Shown here: piece after piece, positions 16,413-25,185 of the stretch
Numbering within the stretch: position 1 is the first letter of the stretch
How the letters are laid out: every line of letters begins with the position of its first letter
Assembly (NCBI RefSeq): GCF_017876815.1
Contig: NZ_JAGIOS010000002.1
Span: forward strand, 30,001-62,000
Direction: 5' to 3'
Length of the DNA: 32,000 nucleotides
DNA from: Sinorhizobium meliloti
Lineage (GTDB): Bacteria > Pseudomonadota > Alphaproteobacteria > Rhizobiales > Rhizobiaceae
Position numbers and translations under genes: made by a program
Notes under the pieces: generated by a model
Told to the model about the DNA's origin: nothing
The model's database searches: none
The model's input: only the letters and a program-made list of their open reading frames with translations

Positions 16413-16527
16413 CCCCTCACCCTAACCCTCTCCCCGCAAGCGGGGCGAGGGGACGAGTGCGAGGCCGCCGCGAGTCCCCTTCGCCCCGCTTGCGGGGAGA
16501 AGGTGGCCGGCAGGCCGGATGAGGGGC
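16413..16527. repeat. Composite palindromic intergenic repeat (RIME/REP-like), two inverted arms
   Basis: The left arm contains CTCCCCGCAAGCGGGGCGAGGGGA (core 16432-16445). The right arm TCCCCTTCGCCCCGCTTGCGGGGAGAAGGTGGCCGGCAGGCCGGATGAGGGGC (16473-16527) is its inverted copy. The element lies between convergent genes. Confidence 0.7.
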
Positions 16528-16579
16528 TTTTCTCCAAGTGCCTTTCACGGCTTCATTGAAACATCGAAACGTTAATGCC

Positions 16580-18469
16580 TCACTCCTTCAAAGCACGGCC
16601 GAATACGCGCGACAGCCGTTCTGCAAAGGCACGCGGGTCCTCGGGCCTGTCGCCGTCGAGGACGCGTGCCTGGTCGAGAAGAAGCTTGACCGCGTCCTCG
16701 CGGAAGGCCTTGTCCTCCGAGGGGCAGGTGGCAAGCGCGGCGATCAGCTGATGGCCGGGATTGATTTCGAGGACGGGTTTTGGCGCGCCCTCGATACGCC
16801 CGGCACCCTGCAGCATCTTCTGGAGCTGCCGGTCCGGTCCCTGTTCGGGCGCAACCAGGCAGACGGCGCTTTCCGTCAGCCGGTCGGAGGTTCGCACGTC
16901 TGAAACAGCCTCGCCAAGAGTCTCCCTGGCGAAGCTCACGAAGTCGGTGACTGCGGCGCCTGCTTCCGGGGAAGCGGCGGCCGCATCGTCATTCTTGGCG
17001 ATGCCCGCGAGATCTGCCGCACCTTGCGTGATCGACTTGAACGGCTTTCCATCGAAGTCGGGCGCGGTCGTCACCCAGAAGCTGTCGACCGGGCACGTCA
17101 GGAGCAGCACCTCGATGCCGCGGGCGCGAAAACCTTCGAGCTGGGGCGACGCCTTCAGCTGGGCGAGGTTGTCGCCGGTCAGGTAGTAGATAGCCGACTG
17201 GCCTTCCTTCATCTCCTTGACGTAGTCGCTCAAGGCGCGCGGCTTGTCGTCATCCGCGGTCGTGCGGAAGCGCGACAGCGCAAGAAGCTGGCCCCGCCGC
17301 TCGAAATCTTCGTAAATGCCCTCCTTGATCACGCTGCCGAAGTTTTCCCAGATCTTGGCGAAGGCCTCGGAATCGCTTTCCGCAAGCTTTTCGATGCTTG
17401 TCAGGACGCGGTTCGTCAGCCCCTTGCGGATATTTGCGAGAAGAGGACTTTCCTGGATCATTTCCCGCGAGACGTTGAGCGGCAGGTCGGCCGTGTCGAC
17501 AAGACCGCGCACGAAGCGCAGGTAGCGCGGTAGCAGCTCCGCCTCGTCGGTGATGAAGACGCGCTTGACGTAGAGCTTCATCCGGCCCTTGCGATCGGGG
17601 TCGAAAAGATCGAAGGGCTTCGAGCCCGGCACGAAGGCAAGCGCGGTATATTCGTGGCGCCCCTCGGCGCGGAAATGTACCGTCAGCGCCGGCTCGTCAT
17701 ACTGCCCGGCAACGCCGCGATAGAAATCCGTATAATCGTCCTTGCTGATCTCGCTTTTCTGCTTCGTCCAGAGCGCCGTGCCGTCTGCGACCTGTGCCGG
17801 TTCTGCTCCGGGCTTTTCGACGATCGAGATCGGAACCGGCACGTGACCGGACTGCTCCTTGACGATGCGCTCGACCGTCCAGCGCGAGGTGAAGGTCTTG
17901 GCCTCGTCCATCAGATGCAGCGTAATGCGCGTACCGCGCGCCGGCGCGTCTGCGAGATCGACCGCCGAAACCGTGTAGCTGCCCTTGCCGTCGGATGCCC
18001 AGTGCCAGGCCTTGTCGGTACCGGCGCGGCGGGAAACGACATCGACATTGTCGGCGACCATGAAGGCCGAATAGAAGCCCACGCCGAACTGGCCGATGAG
18101 CTGGGCGCCGTCCTTGTTCTGCGCTGCATCGATCCGCTCCATGAAGGCGCGCGTGCCGGAGCGTGCAATCGTGCCCAGCGATTCGACAAGCTCGTCGCGG
18201 CCCATGCCGATGCCGTTGTCCTCGATGACCAGGCGGGCATTCTCCTCGTCGAGCGTCAGCGTGATGCGCGAGCCGGGATCGCTGCCGAGGAGCTCCGGGG
18301 CGACGATCGCTTCGTAGCGCAGCTTTTCGCAGGCGTCGGCCGCGTTCGAAATCAGCTCGCGGAGAAAGACGTTCTTGTCGGAATAGACGGAGTGCACCAT
18401 CAGGTGCAGCAGCTTCGCCACATCGGCTTCGAAGACATGTTTCTCTACGGACGTTTCGACTTCACTCAT
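16580..18469 (-). CDS. htpG: Molecular chaperone HtpG (Hsp90)
   Basis: LRELISNAADACEKLRY and IGQFGVGFYSAF. ~629 aa when started at ATG 18469, which has an AAGGAGG RBS. Confidence 0.93.
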   Translation of the reverse strand: MSEVETSVEKHVFEADVAKLLHLMVHSVYSDKNVFLRELISNAADACEKLRYEAIVAPELLGSDPGSRITLTLDEENARLVIEDNGIGMGRDELVESLGTIARSGTRAFMERIDAAQNKDGAQLIGQFGVGFYSAFMVADNVDVVSRRAGTDKAWHWASDGKGSYTVSAVDLADAPARGTRITLHLMDEAKTFTSRWTVERIVKEQSGHVPVPISIVEKPGAEPAQVADGTALWTKQKSEISKDDYTDFYRGVAGQYDEPALTVHFRAEGRHEYTALAFVPGSKPFDLFDPDRKGRMKLYVKRVFITDEAELLPRYLRFVRGLVDTADLPLNVSREMIQESPLLANIRKGLTNRVLTSIEKLAESDSEAFAKIWENFGSVIKEGIYEDFERRGQLLALSRFRTTADDDKPRALSDYVKEMKEGQSAIYYLTGDNLAQLKASPQLEGFRARGIEVLLLTCPVDSFWVTTAPDFDGKPFKSITQGAADLAGIAKNDDAAAASPEAGAAVTDFVSFARETLGEAVSDVRTSDRLTESAVCLVAPEQGPDRQLQKMLQGAGRIEGAPKPVLEINPGHQLIAALATCPSEDKAFREDAVKLLLDQARVLDGDRPEDPRAFAERLSRVFGRALKE

Positions 18470-18500
18470 CGCGTTTTCGGCCTCCTTGATGTTTGCTCCC

Positions 18501-18529
18501 AATTGGCAAGCCGCGGCCTGAATTTCAAG
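18501..18529 (-). promoter_or_regulatory. RpoH (sigma-32)-type promoter for htpG
   Basis: The minus strand reads CCCTTGAA-N17-CCAATT, close to the alpha-proteobacterial RpoH consensus CTTGAA-N17-CCANAT as I recall it. It lies ~30-60 nt upstream of the htpG ATG. Confidence 0.5.
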
Positions 18530-18573
18530 GGTCGTCTTGCGGCAGCCCCGCTTCGGTGCGAAGCTCCTTTCCG

Positions 18574-19752
18574 ATGGAAGCGCTGCTCGTCATCAATGCC
18601 GGCTCGTCCAGCCTGAAGTTCCAGATCTTCGGGATCGCCACGGCGGGGCTCGAGCGGCAGGTTCGTGCGAAACTGGACGGCATCGCAACCCAGCCGCGCC
18701 TGAAGGCGACGGCAGCCGACGGCACCGAGCTCATCAATCGGCGCTTAGATGCGACCGCCGTTCCCGACCTTCCCGCGGCCCTCTCGGTAGCACGCGACTG
18801 GCTGGCGACGCTTCGCGGTTTCGACCTCCGGGCGATCGGCCACAGGGTGGTGCATGGCGGTCCGGATTACGTCCGGCCGGTGCTGATCGAAACGACGGTG
18901 CTCGACCGTCTGGCAAGCTATCAGGACCTCGCGCCTCTGCACCAGCCCAACAATCTCGCGCCGATCCGGCTCGCCATGGAAATCAAGCCCGACGTGCCGC
19001 AGGTTGCCTGTTTCGACACGGCCTTCCATCGGGGCCGTGCCGAACACACCGATTGCTACGCCCTGCCGCGCACCTTCTATGAGCAGGGTGTGCGGCGCTA
19101 TGGCTTTCATGGGATTTCCTATGAATATATCGCCGGTCGGCTGCGCGAGGTGGCGCCGGAGGTCGCCCGCGGCCGGGTGATCGTCGCCCATCTCGGCAGC
19201 GGCGCGTCGATGTGCGCGCTGAAGGACGGACGCAGCGTCGAGACGACGATGGGCTTTACCGCGCTTGACGGGCTGCCGATGGGCACGCGACCGGGCCAAT
19301 TGGATCCCGGCGTCGTTCTCCACCTGCTCACGGATCAGGGTATGAGTGCACAAGCTGTGTCGGACCTCCTCTACCATCGGTCCGGCTTGAAAGGTCTCTC
19401 CGGCATATCGAACGACATGCGCGAGCTTCTGGAGAGCGATGACCCGCGCGCTTCCTTCGCGATCGACCATTTCGTGCATCGCTGCGCGCTCGATGCCGGC
19501 ATGCTGGCCGCAGCCTTGGGCGGCCTCGACGCTTTCGTCTTTACCGCCGGTATCGGCGAAAACTCCGCGCCGATCCGGGCCCGTGTTTCCGAAGGTCTCG
19601 CCTGGCTCGGCGCGGAGCTCGATCCGGCCGCAAACGATGCAGGCGCCTCGGTCATCTCGAAGGCAGGGAGCCGTGTCGCGCTCCACGTCATGCCCACCGA
19701 CGAGGAACTGATGATCGCCCGCCAAACGCTGGCGATCATCCGTGCTCGTTGA
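18574..19752 (+). CDS. ackA: Acetate/propionate kinase
   Basis: [19 protein letters not shown] and [11 protein letters not shown]. ~392 aa from ATG 18574. No pta gene is adjacent. Confidence 0.9.
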   Translation: MEALLVINAGSSSLKFQIFGIATAGLERQVRAKLDGIATQPRLKATAADGTELINRRLDATAVPDLPAALSVARDWLATLRGFDLRAIGHRVVHGGPDYVRPVLIETTVLDRLASYQDLAPLHQPNNLAPIRLAMEIKPDVPQVACFDTAFHRGRAEHTDCYALPRTFYEQGVRRYGFHGISYEYIAGRLREVAPEVARGRVIVAHLGSGASMCALKDGRSVETTMGFTALDGLPMGTRPGQLDPGVVLHLLTDQGMSAQAVSDLLYHRSGLKGLSGISNDMRELLESDDPRASFAIDHFVHRCALDAGMLAAALGGLDAFVFTAGIGENSAPIRARVSEGLAWLGAELDPAANDAGASVISKAGSRVALHVMPTDEELMIARQTLAIIRAR

Positions 19753-19788
19753 AGACGGCTCAGGACCTAATCGTGCCGACAGGCCCGG

Positions 19789-21264
19789 TCAGATGTTTCC
19801 CATGCAGAGATATTTCATCTCGAGATAGTCCTCGAGACCGTGGCGGGAGCCCTCCCGGCCGATGCCCGATTGCTTGATGCCGCCGAAGGGAGCGGCCTCG
19901 GAAGACATGCGGCCCGTATTGATGCCGACCATGCCGTATTCCAGAGCCTCGGCGACATGCCAGACCCGCTTGAGGTTCTCGGCGTAGAAATAGGCGGCGA
20001 GACCGTAGATCGTATCGTTCGCCTCGGCCACCACCTGCTCGGCGGTCTCGAAGCGGATGATCGGGGCGATCGGCCCGAATGTCTCTTCCTGGGCGATGCG
20101 CATGTCGTGCGAGATGCCGGTAAGCACGGTCGGTTCGAAGAAGGTGCCGGTCGTTCCGATCCGGCTGCCGCCCGAGCGCACTTGCGCTCCCTTGGCTACG
20201 GCGTCGGCCACATGCGCCTCGATCTTGTCAATCGCGTGGGCGTCGATCATCGGACCGATGGCGACGTCGGGAGCAAAACCGTCACCGACCGTGAGTTCGC
20301 GCACGCGCGTGACGAACTTCTCGGCGAATGCGTCATGCACCGCCGATTGCACATAAATGCGGTTCGCCGAAACGCAGGTCTGGCCGGCATTGCGGAATTT
20401 CGCCTGGACCGCGCCGTCCACCGCCTCGTCGATATCGGCGTCGTCGAAGACAATGAAGGGGGCATTGCCGCCGAGCTCGAGGCTCACCTTCTTGATCTGG
20501 TCGGAGCATTGCCGCATCAGCAGCCTTCCGACCTCCGTCGATCCGGTGAAGCTGATCTTGCGGACCTTGGGATTGCCGCAGAGTTCGCGCCCGATCGGCG
20601 CGCCTTCGGAGGCGTAGAGAAGATTGAGCACGCCTTCGGGGAAGCCTGCCTTCTCGGCAAGCACGAACATCGCGCCTGCCACCAGCGGCGTCTGTTCGGC
20701 GGGCTTCAGGACGATCGTGCAGCCGGCGGCAAGCGCCGGGGAAATCTTGCGGGCGACCATCGAGGCCGGGAAATTCCAGGGCGTGATCGTGCCGACTACG
20801 CCGACCGGCTGCTTGATCACGAGCATACGCCGATCGTTGGCGGGTGCCGGGAAGGTCTCGCCGTAGACGCGCTTGGCTTCCTCCGCGTACCACTCGACAT
20901 AGGATGCGGCGTGCAGGACTTCTCCCTTTGCCTCGCCGACGGGCTTGCCCATTTCGGCCGTCAGGATCGCGGCGAGGTCGTCGGCGTGCTCGACGATCAG
21001 GTCATGCCAGCGGCGCAGGATGATGCTGCGATCCTTGGCCGGCTTGCCGGCCCAGAGAGGCTGGGCGAGGGCGGCCGCGTCGATAGCCGTGCGTGCGTCA
21101 TCGATCCCCATGTCGGGAAGCGTCGCCAGTAGCTCGCCGGTCGATGGGTTGGAAACATCGAAGACGGGGCCGGCCGGCTGCCCGGAAGACCGTGTGACCT
21201 CGTCGAGGGAGGCGAAGATCTTCGGTCGCCGGATGTGTCTGGTGAGTGCGGGCGTCAGGGCCAT
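19789..21264 (-). CDS. gabD: NAD(P)-dependent succinate-semialdehyde dehydrogenase
   Basis: Aldehyde dehydrogenase motifs LELGGNAP and GQTCVSANR (catalytic Cys), plus FTGSTEVG. GGGAGGA RBS before ATG 21264. It is downstream of gabT. Confidence 0.9.
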   Translation of the reverse strand: MALTPALTRHIRRPKIFASLDEVTRSSGQPAGPVFDVSNPSTGELLATLPDMGIDDARTAIDAAALAQPLWAGKPAKDRSIILRRWHDLIVEHADDLAAILTAEMGKPVGEAKGEVLHAASYVEWYAEEAKRVYGETFPAPANDRRMLVIKQPVGVVGTITPWNFPASMVARKISPALAAGCTIVLKPAEQTPLVAGAMFVLAEKAGFPEGVLNLLYASEGAPIGRELCGNPKVRKISFTGSTEVGRLLMRQCSDQIKKVSLELGGNAPFIVFDDADIDEAVDGAVQAKFRNAGQTCVSANRIYVQSAVHDAFAEKFVTRVRELTVGDGFAPDVAIGPMIDAHAIDKIEAHVADAVAKGAQVRSGGSRIGTTGTFFEPTVLTGISHDMRIAQEETFGPIAPIIRFETAEQVVAEANDTIYGLAAYFYAENLKRVWHVAEALEYGMVGINTGRMSSEAAPFGGIKQSGIGREGSRHGLEDYLEMKYLCMGNI

Positions 21265-21282
21265 CGGGAGTCCTCCCACGAC

Positions 21283-21301
21283 GCCTGCGGCGACCGCAGG
21301 C
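21283..21301 (-). other. Intercistronic stem-loop between gabT and gabD
   Basis: GCCTGCGG-CGA-CCGCAGGC is a perfect 8-bp stem ~20 nt upstream of the gabD RBS. A second stem, GGGCGC-N7-GCGCCC, lies at 21322-21340. Confidence 0.45.
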
Positions 21302-21379
21302 CTCGCTTCTATTCCTTGTGAGGGCGCGGATCATGCGCCCCGGCATGGGTGACCGCGATAGCGGCGGGCCCGGCAGCCG

Positions 21380-22648
21380 TCAACCGCGTGCTTCGAGGAT
21401 CGATGCCTCGATAGTGTCGAGGGCTTCTGCGAAGACCTCGTCCTGGATCGTGATCGGCGCCAGGAAACGGATGACGTTGCCATGGACGCCGCAGGTCAGC
21501 AGGATGAGCCCCTTTTCGAGGGCAAGGAGGCGGACCTTGTTTGCGAATTCGGCGCTCGGCAGGTTCGTCCTCACGTCGTTGAATTCGACGGCGTTCATGA
21601 AGCCGGGTCCGCGGATGTCGACGATTTCCGGTGCTTTCTCGCGGATCGCCGCAAGGCGCTGTTTCAGCCGGTTGCCGAGCTGGTTCGCCCGCTCGCACAG
21701 GTTCTCCTCGGCAATCACGTCGAGGACGGCATGCGCGGCGGCGATGCCGAGCGGATTACCGCCATAGGTGCCGCCGAGGCCGCCCGGCCCGGGCGCATCC
21801 ATGATTTCGGCGCGGCCGGTGACGGCGGCAAGCGGAAAGCCGCCGGCGAGGCTCTTCGCCATCGTCGTCAGGTCCGGCGCGACACCGTGATGTTCCATGG
21901 CGAAGAGCTTGCCGGTGCGGGCAAATCCGGTCTGCACCTCGTCGGCGATCAGCAGGATGCCATGCTGGTCGCAGACCTCGCGAAGCGCCTTCATGAAGGC
22001 GGTCGGGACCGGATAGAAGCCGCCTTCTCCCTGAACCGGCTCGATGATGATCGCTGCGACGCGGGCCGGATCGACATCGGCCGCGAACAGCTTCTTCAGC
22101 GCCGAAAGCGACTGCTCGACAGTCACGCCGTGAAGCTCGATCGGGAAGGGGGCGTGGAAGACATCTGCCGGCATCGCGCCGAAACCGACCTTGTACGGAA
22201 CGACCTTGCCCGTCAGCGCCATGCCCATGAAGGTGCGGCCATGGAAACCGCCGCCGAAGGCGACGATCGCCTGGCGGCCCGTCGCGGCCCGCGCGATCTT
22301 CACTGCGTTCTCGACGGCTTCCGCGCCGGTCGTGACGAAGATGGTCTTCTTCGCGAAGTCGCCGGGCACGATCGCGTTCAGGCGCTCCGCCAGATGCACG
22401 TAGTTCTCGTAGGGCACCACCTGGTGGCATGTATGGGTGAAGCGGTCGAGCTGCGCCTTGACGGCGGCGATCACCTTCGGGTGGCGGTGGCCTGTATTGA
22501 CCACGGCGATGCCGGCGGCAAAGTCGATGTAGCGGTTGCCTTCTTTGTCCCAGATCTCGGCGTTTTCCGCGCGATCGGCATAGACCTGCGTGGTCATTCC
22601 GACACCGCGGGAGATGGCTGCATTCTTGCGATCTGTGAGGCTCGTCAT
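21380..22648 (-). CDS. gabT: 4-aminobutyrate--2-oxoglutarate transaminase (class III PLP aminotransferase)
   Basis: MTSLTDRKNAAISRGVG..., FAAGIAVVNTGHRHPKV, DEVQTGFARTG, TMAKSLAGGFPL (PLP Lys). ~422 aa from ATG 22648; the upstream ORF-track extension is not protein-like. Confidence 0.9.
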   Translation of the reverse strand: MTSLTDRKNAAISRGVGMTTQVYADRAENAEIWDKEGNRYIDFAAGIAVVNTGHRHPKVIAAVKAQLDRFTHTCHQVVPYENYVHLAERLNAIVPGDFAKKTIFVTTGAEAVENAVKIARAATGRQAIVAFGGGFHGRTFMGMALTGKVVPYKVGFGAMPADVFHAPFPIELHGVTVEQSLSALKKLFAADVDPARVAAIIIEPVQGEGGFYPVPTAFMKALREVCDQHGILLIADEVQTGFARTGKLFAMEHHGVAPDLTTMAKSLAGGFPLAAVTGRAEIMDAPGPGGLGGTYGGNPLGIAAAHAVLDVIAEENLCERANQLGNRLKQRLAAIREKAPEIVDIRGPGFMNAVEFNDVRTNLPSAEFANKVRLLALEKGLILLTCGVHGNVIRFLAPITIQDEVFAEALDTIEASILEARG

Positions 22649-22860
22649 CGTTGTCGTCCTGGTCGAGAGGGAATATATTGCATTTTTTCTGCAACTTTTC
22701 TCAGGAAGAGGTACATTTTTCAGGATGGATTGCAAATCAAATTTGCTGATCGAGACAAAACCCGGATTGATGGGCGCTTCTTGTGCAGCCGCCGCGCTCG
22801 CGGCTAGATAGCCGCCAGCGATCGACGGCACGGATCCGCACGGTATGAGGATATGGATTG

Positions 22861-23691
22861 ATGGGCGGTATTGGCACCATTCGCTACAAGGTTGCCGAGG
22901 CGGCAAGGCTAGCCGGCGTGTCCGCCTCGACGCTCAGGCTATGGGAAACGCAAGGTCTCGTCGTGCCGGAGCGTTCGGTGACGGGGCATAGACAATATAC
23001 CGATGCCGATCTCGCCCGGCTGAAGCGCATTTCCTGGTTCCGCTCCGAACGCGGCCTCAACCCCGCAGCGATCAGGGAGGCTCTGGAGGCGGAAAGCGCC
23101 TTCACCGAAGACGAAAACGGCTCGGCAATGCCGACCGAAGACAATGGCGACATGCAGGTCGGGCGGAAGCTGCGCAGTCTGAGACATGCCGCGGGCAAGA
23201 CGCTGGAACAGGTGGCCGGTGACATCGGCATCGCCGCATCCGTGCTTTCGACTCTGGAGCGGACGTCGCAGGGTGTCTCCGTCGCCGTTCTGCACAATCT
23301 GGCGGAATATTTCGGAACCACCGTTTCGAGCCTTTCCGGCGAAGAGCAGACAAGGGCGCGGGCGCTCGTGCGGGCCGGCGAATGGCGCAACTGGCCGCGC
23401 ACGACACCGGGGGTGACGGTGCAGCTGCTTGCCGAAGGCAAGAACCAGATGGATTGCCATCGCTTCGTTCTGGCACCAGGCGCCTCGAGCGAGGGCGCCT
23501 ACCGGCATGAGGGGGAGGAATTCGTCTACGTCCTCTCCGGACATGTGGAGTTCGTGCTGGATTCGGATCAGTTCTACGATCTCCACCCGGGCGACTCCCT
23601 TTATTTCGAGAGCCGCCGCCGCCATGCCTGGTCGAACAGGCACGACGGCGAAACCGTGTTGTTGTGGATCAATACGCCGCCGACGTTTTGA
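22861..23691 (+). CDS. Transcriptional regulator with MerR-type HTH + XRE-type HTH + cupin domains
   Basis: Residues ~8-75 YKVAEAARLAGVSASTLRLWETQGLV...GHRQY (MerR). Residues ~100-155 VGRKLRSLRHAAGKTLEQVAGDIGIAASVLSTLERT (XRE/HTH_3). C-terminal HEGEEFVYVLSGHVEF...HPGDSLYFES..RHAWSN (cupin_2). GAGGA RBS before ATG 22861. Confidence 0.8.
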   Translation: MGGIGTIRYKVAEAARLAGVSASTLRLWETQGLVVPERSVTGHRQYTDADLARLKRISWFRSERGLNPAAIREALEAESAFTEDENGSAMPTEDNGDMQVGRKLRSLRHAAGKTLEQVAGDIGIAASVLSTLERTSQGVSVAVLHNLAEYFGTTVSSLSGEEQTRARALVRAGEWRNWPRTTPGVTVQLLAEGKNQMDCHRFVLAPGASSEGAYRHEGEEFVYVLSGHVEFVLDSDQFYDLHPGDSLYFESRRRHAWSNRHDGETVLLWINTPPTF

Positions 23692-24034
23692 TAGGAAACA
23701 ACGGCACTTACGGCGTGAAAATAATAAAAATGTTTATCTCTGACAGCTGTCTTTCGACGTAATGAGCCGTGCTGCTCCCCAACCGCAACGCCTATTCAAT
23801 CGCGCCGACGCCAAATATTGCGCGCAAGACACACTCCCGGCGTCTTGGGGATCGGCCGACTATGTTGATGAAGGACGGAACAAAGTTTGGCCCGATTCCC
23901 CCGTTCAGCCTCGAACAGTTCTTTAGCCTGCCCGACTGCTGGCTTCCATCGCTGAGCGCTCAACGAACCTGATTGCAGATGACGCACCTGTTCGCGAGTT
24001 GACGGAAGAAAGCTCGAACGGAGAGGGAGTGTTG

Positions 24035-25168
24035 ATGCAGATGGTGCGCGACCAGCAGCTGGACGGCCTGAGAGCCGTCGCGGTCTCAATGGTGCTCTAC
24101 GCGCATTTCTTGGCAGCCGATGGATCCCATTTGGGCCATCTCGGTGTCCGGCTGTTTTTCGTTTTGAGCGGCTTCCTGATAACACGGCTGCTGCTCGATG
24201 CGCGCGACGCTGCCCGTTTCGAGCCGGCGACGGCACTCAAATCCTTCTACGCACGCCGCGCACTTCGCATCTTCCCTCCCTACTTCGCCGTCCTGGCCGC
24301 CGTCTTTTTCCTGGATCTGGAACGATCGAAGGAGGTCATGGCGTGGCACGCCCTTTATCTGTCCAATTTCTGGTACGCGCTGCAGAACGAATGGACCCCG
24401 TGGGTTCTCTGTCATACGTGGAGCCTGAGCATCGAGGAGCAGTTCTACCTCGTCTGGCCACTGATCGTGCTGCTCGTGCCGCGCCGGTCGGTTGCCGGAG
24501 TTTGCGTCGGCGTTATCGTTTGCTCGCTCGCCTACCGCTTCTATTGGCCGCTCACCGGTACGCCATCACTCGCGCGGGACCTCTTGCCGCCGGCGTCGAT
24601 GGATGCGCTGGCCGTGGGCGCGTTGCTCGCCGCCCGCCCATCCTGGCGAAGTGGTTGGCCGGCATGGGCAAAACTGAGCTGGATGCCGCTTTCGCTCGCT
24701 TCGCTCTGCCTCGTGTGGTCGAAGCCGGTCGCCATGACACCGGTCGTCGCGTGGTTCGCCTGGATTGGCCTGGAGGTCGTCCCTCTCCTGCCGCTCGCAA
24801 TGCTGGTCGGCGGTTGTTCGAAGGGGATCGGCGGGCTTGCCGGTCGGCTCATCGCGCTTTCGCCTTTGGCGGCGCTGGGCCGGATCAGCTATGGCGTCTA
24901 CCTTTTCCACGCGTTCGTGCTGGCCCTGGTCGTTCAGGCGCAGCCTTTCATCCCGGTCAATGTCTCGGATCAGGGGGCAGGGCGGTTCGTCGTTGCCGGC
25001 GCCCTGACCCTGATACTCGCCTCGGTTTCCTGGCTGTTCTTCGAGAAGCCGTTGAACGGGCTGAAGCGCCACTTTCCCTATGTTCGTCCGGACGGCGGAG
25101 CGGGGGCGGCAGCCGCTATCCCTGGCGCCAGTCGCGACGAAGCCTTGCAGCCCCAGAACCTTCGATAA
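24035..25168 (+). CDS. Acyltransferase family 3 (OafA/ExoZ/NodX-like integral membrane O-acyltransferase)
   Basis: LDGLRAVAVSMVLYAH, RLFFVLSGFLIT, RRALRIFPPYF, WSLSIEEQFYL and about 10 TM segments. GGAGAGGGAG RBS before ATG 24035. Confidence 0.85.
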   Translation: MQMVRDQQLDGLRAVAVSMVLYAHFLAADGSHLGHLGVRLFFVLSGFLITRLLLDARDAARFEPATALKSFYARRALRIFPPYFAVLAAVFFLDLERSKEVMAWHALYLSNFWYALQNEWTPWVLCHTWSLSIEEQFYLVWPLIVLLVPRRSVAGVCVGVIVCSLAYRFYWPLTGTPSLARDLLPPASMDALAVGALLAARPSWRSGWPAWAKLSWMPLSLASLCLVWSKPVAMTPVVAWFAWIGLEVVPLLPLAMLVGGCSKGIGGLAGRLIALSPLAALGRISYGVYLFHAFVLALVVQAQPFIPVNVSDQGAGRFVVAGALTLILASVSWLFFEKPLNGLKRHFPYVRPDGGAGAAAAIPGASRDEALQPQNLR

Positions 25169-25185
25169 GCACACGAGCCGAAACC

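Noticed and set aside
18470-18573. PHO box upstream of ackA
   Set aside because: No CTGTCAT-like repeats on an 11-nt period are visible in the 105-nt region.
17654-19725. ORFs 17654..18616 (+) and 18745..19725 (-), opposite htpG and ackA
   Set aside because: Antisense shadow ORFs. The htpG and ackA frames carry diagnostic motifs.
22649-22760. Sigma-54 (-24/-12, GG-N10-GC) promoter suggested by the TTGCA motifs upstream of gabT
   Set aside because: I checked both TTGCA occurrences on the gabT strand, and neither has GG at the required 10-nt upstream spacing.
19840-22807. ORFs 19840..21132 (+) and 21482..22807 (+), opposite gabD and gabT
   Set aside because: Antisense shadow ORFs with low-complexity R/G/D/A content.
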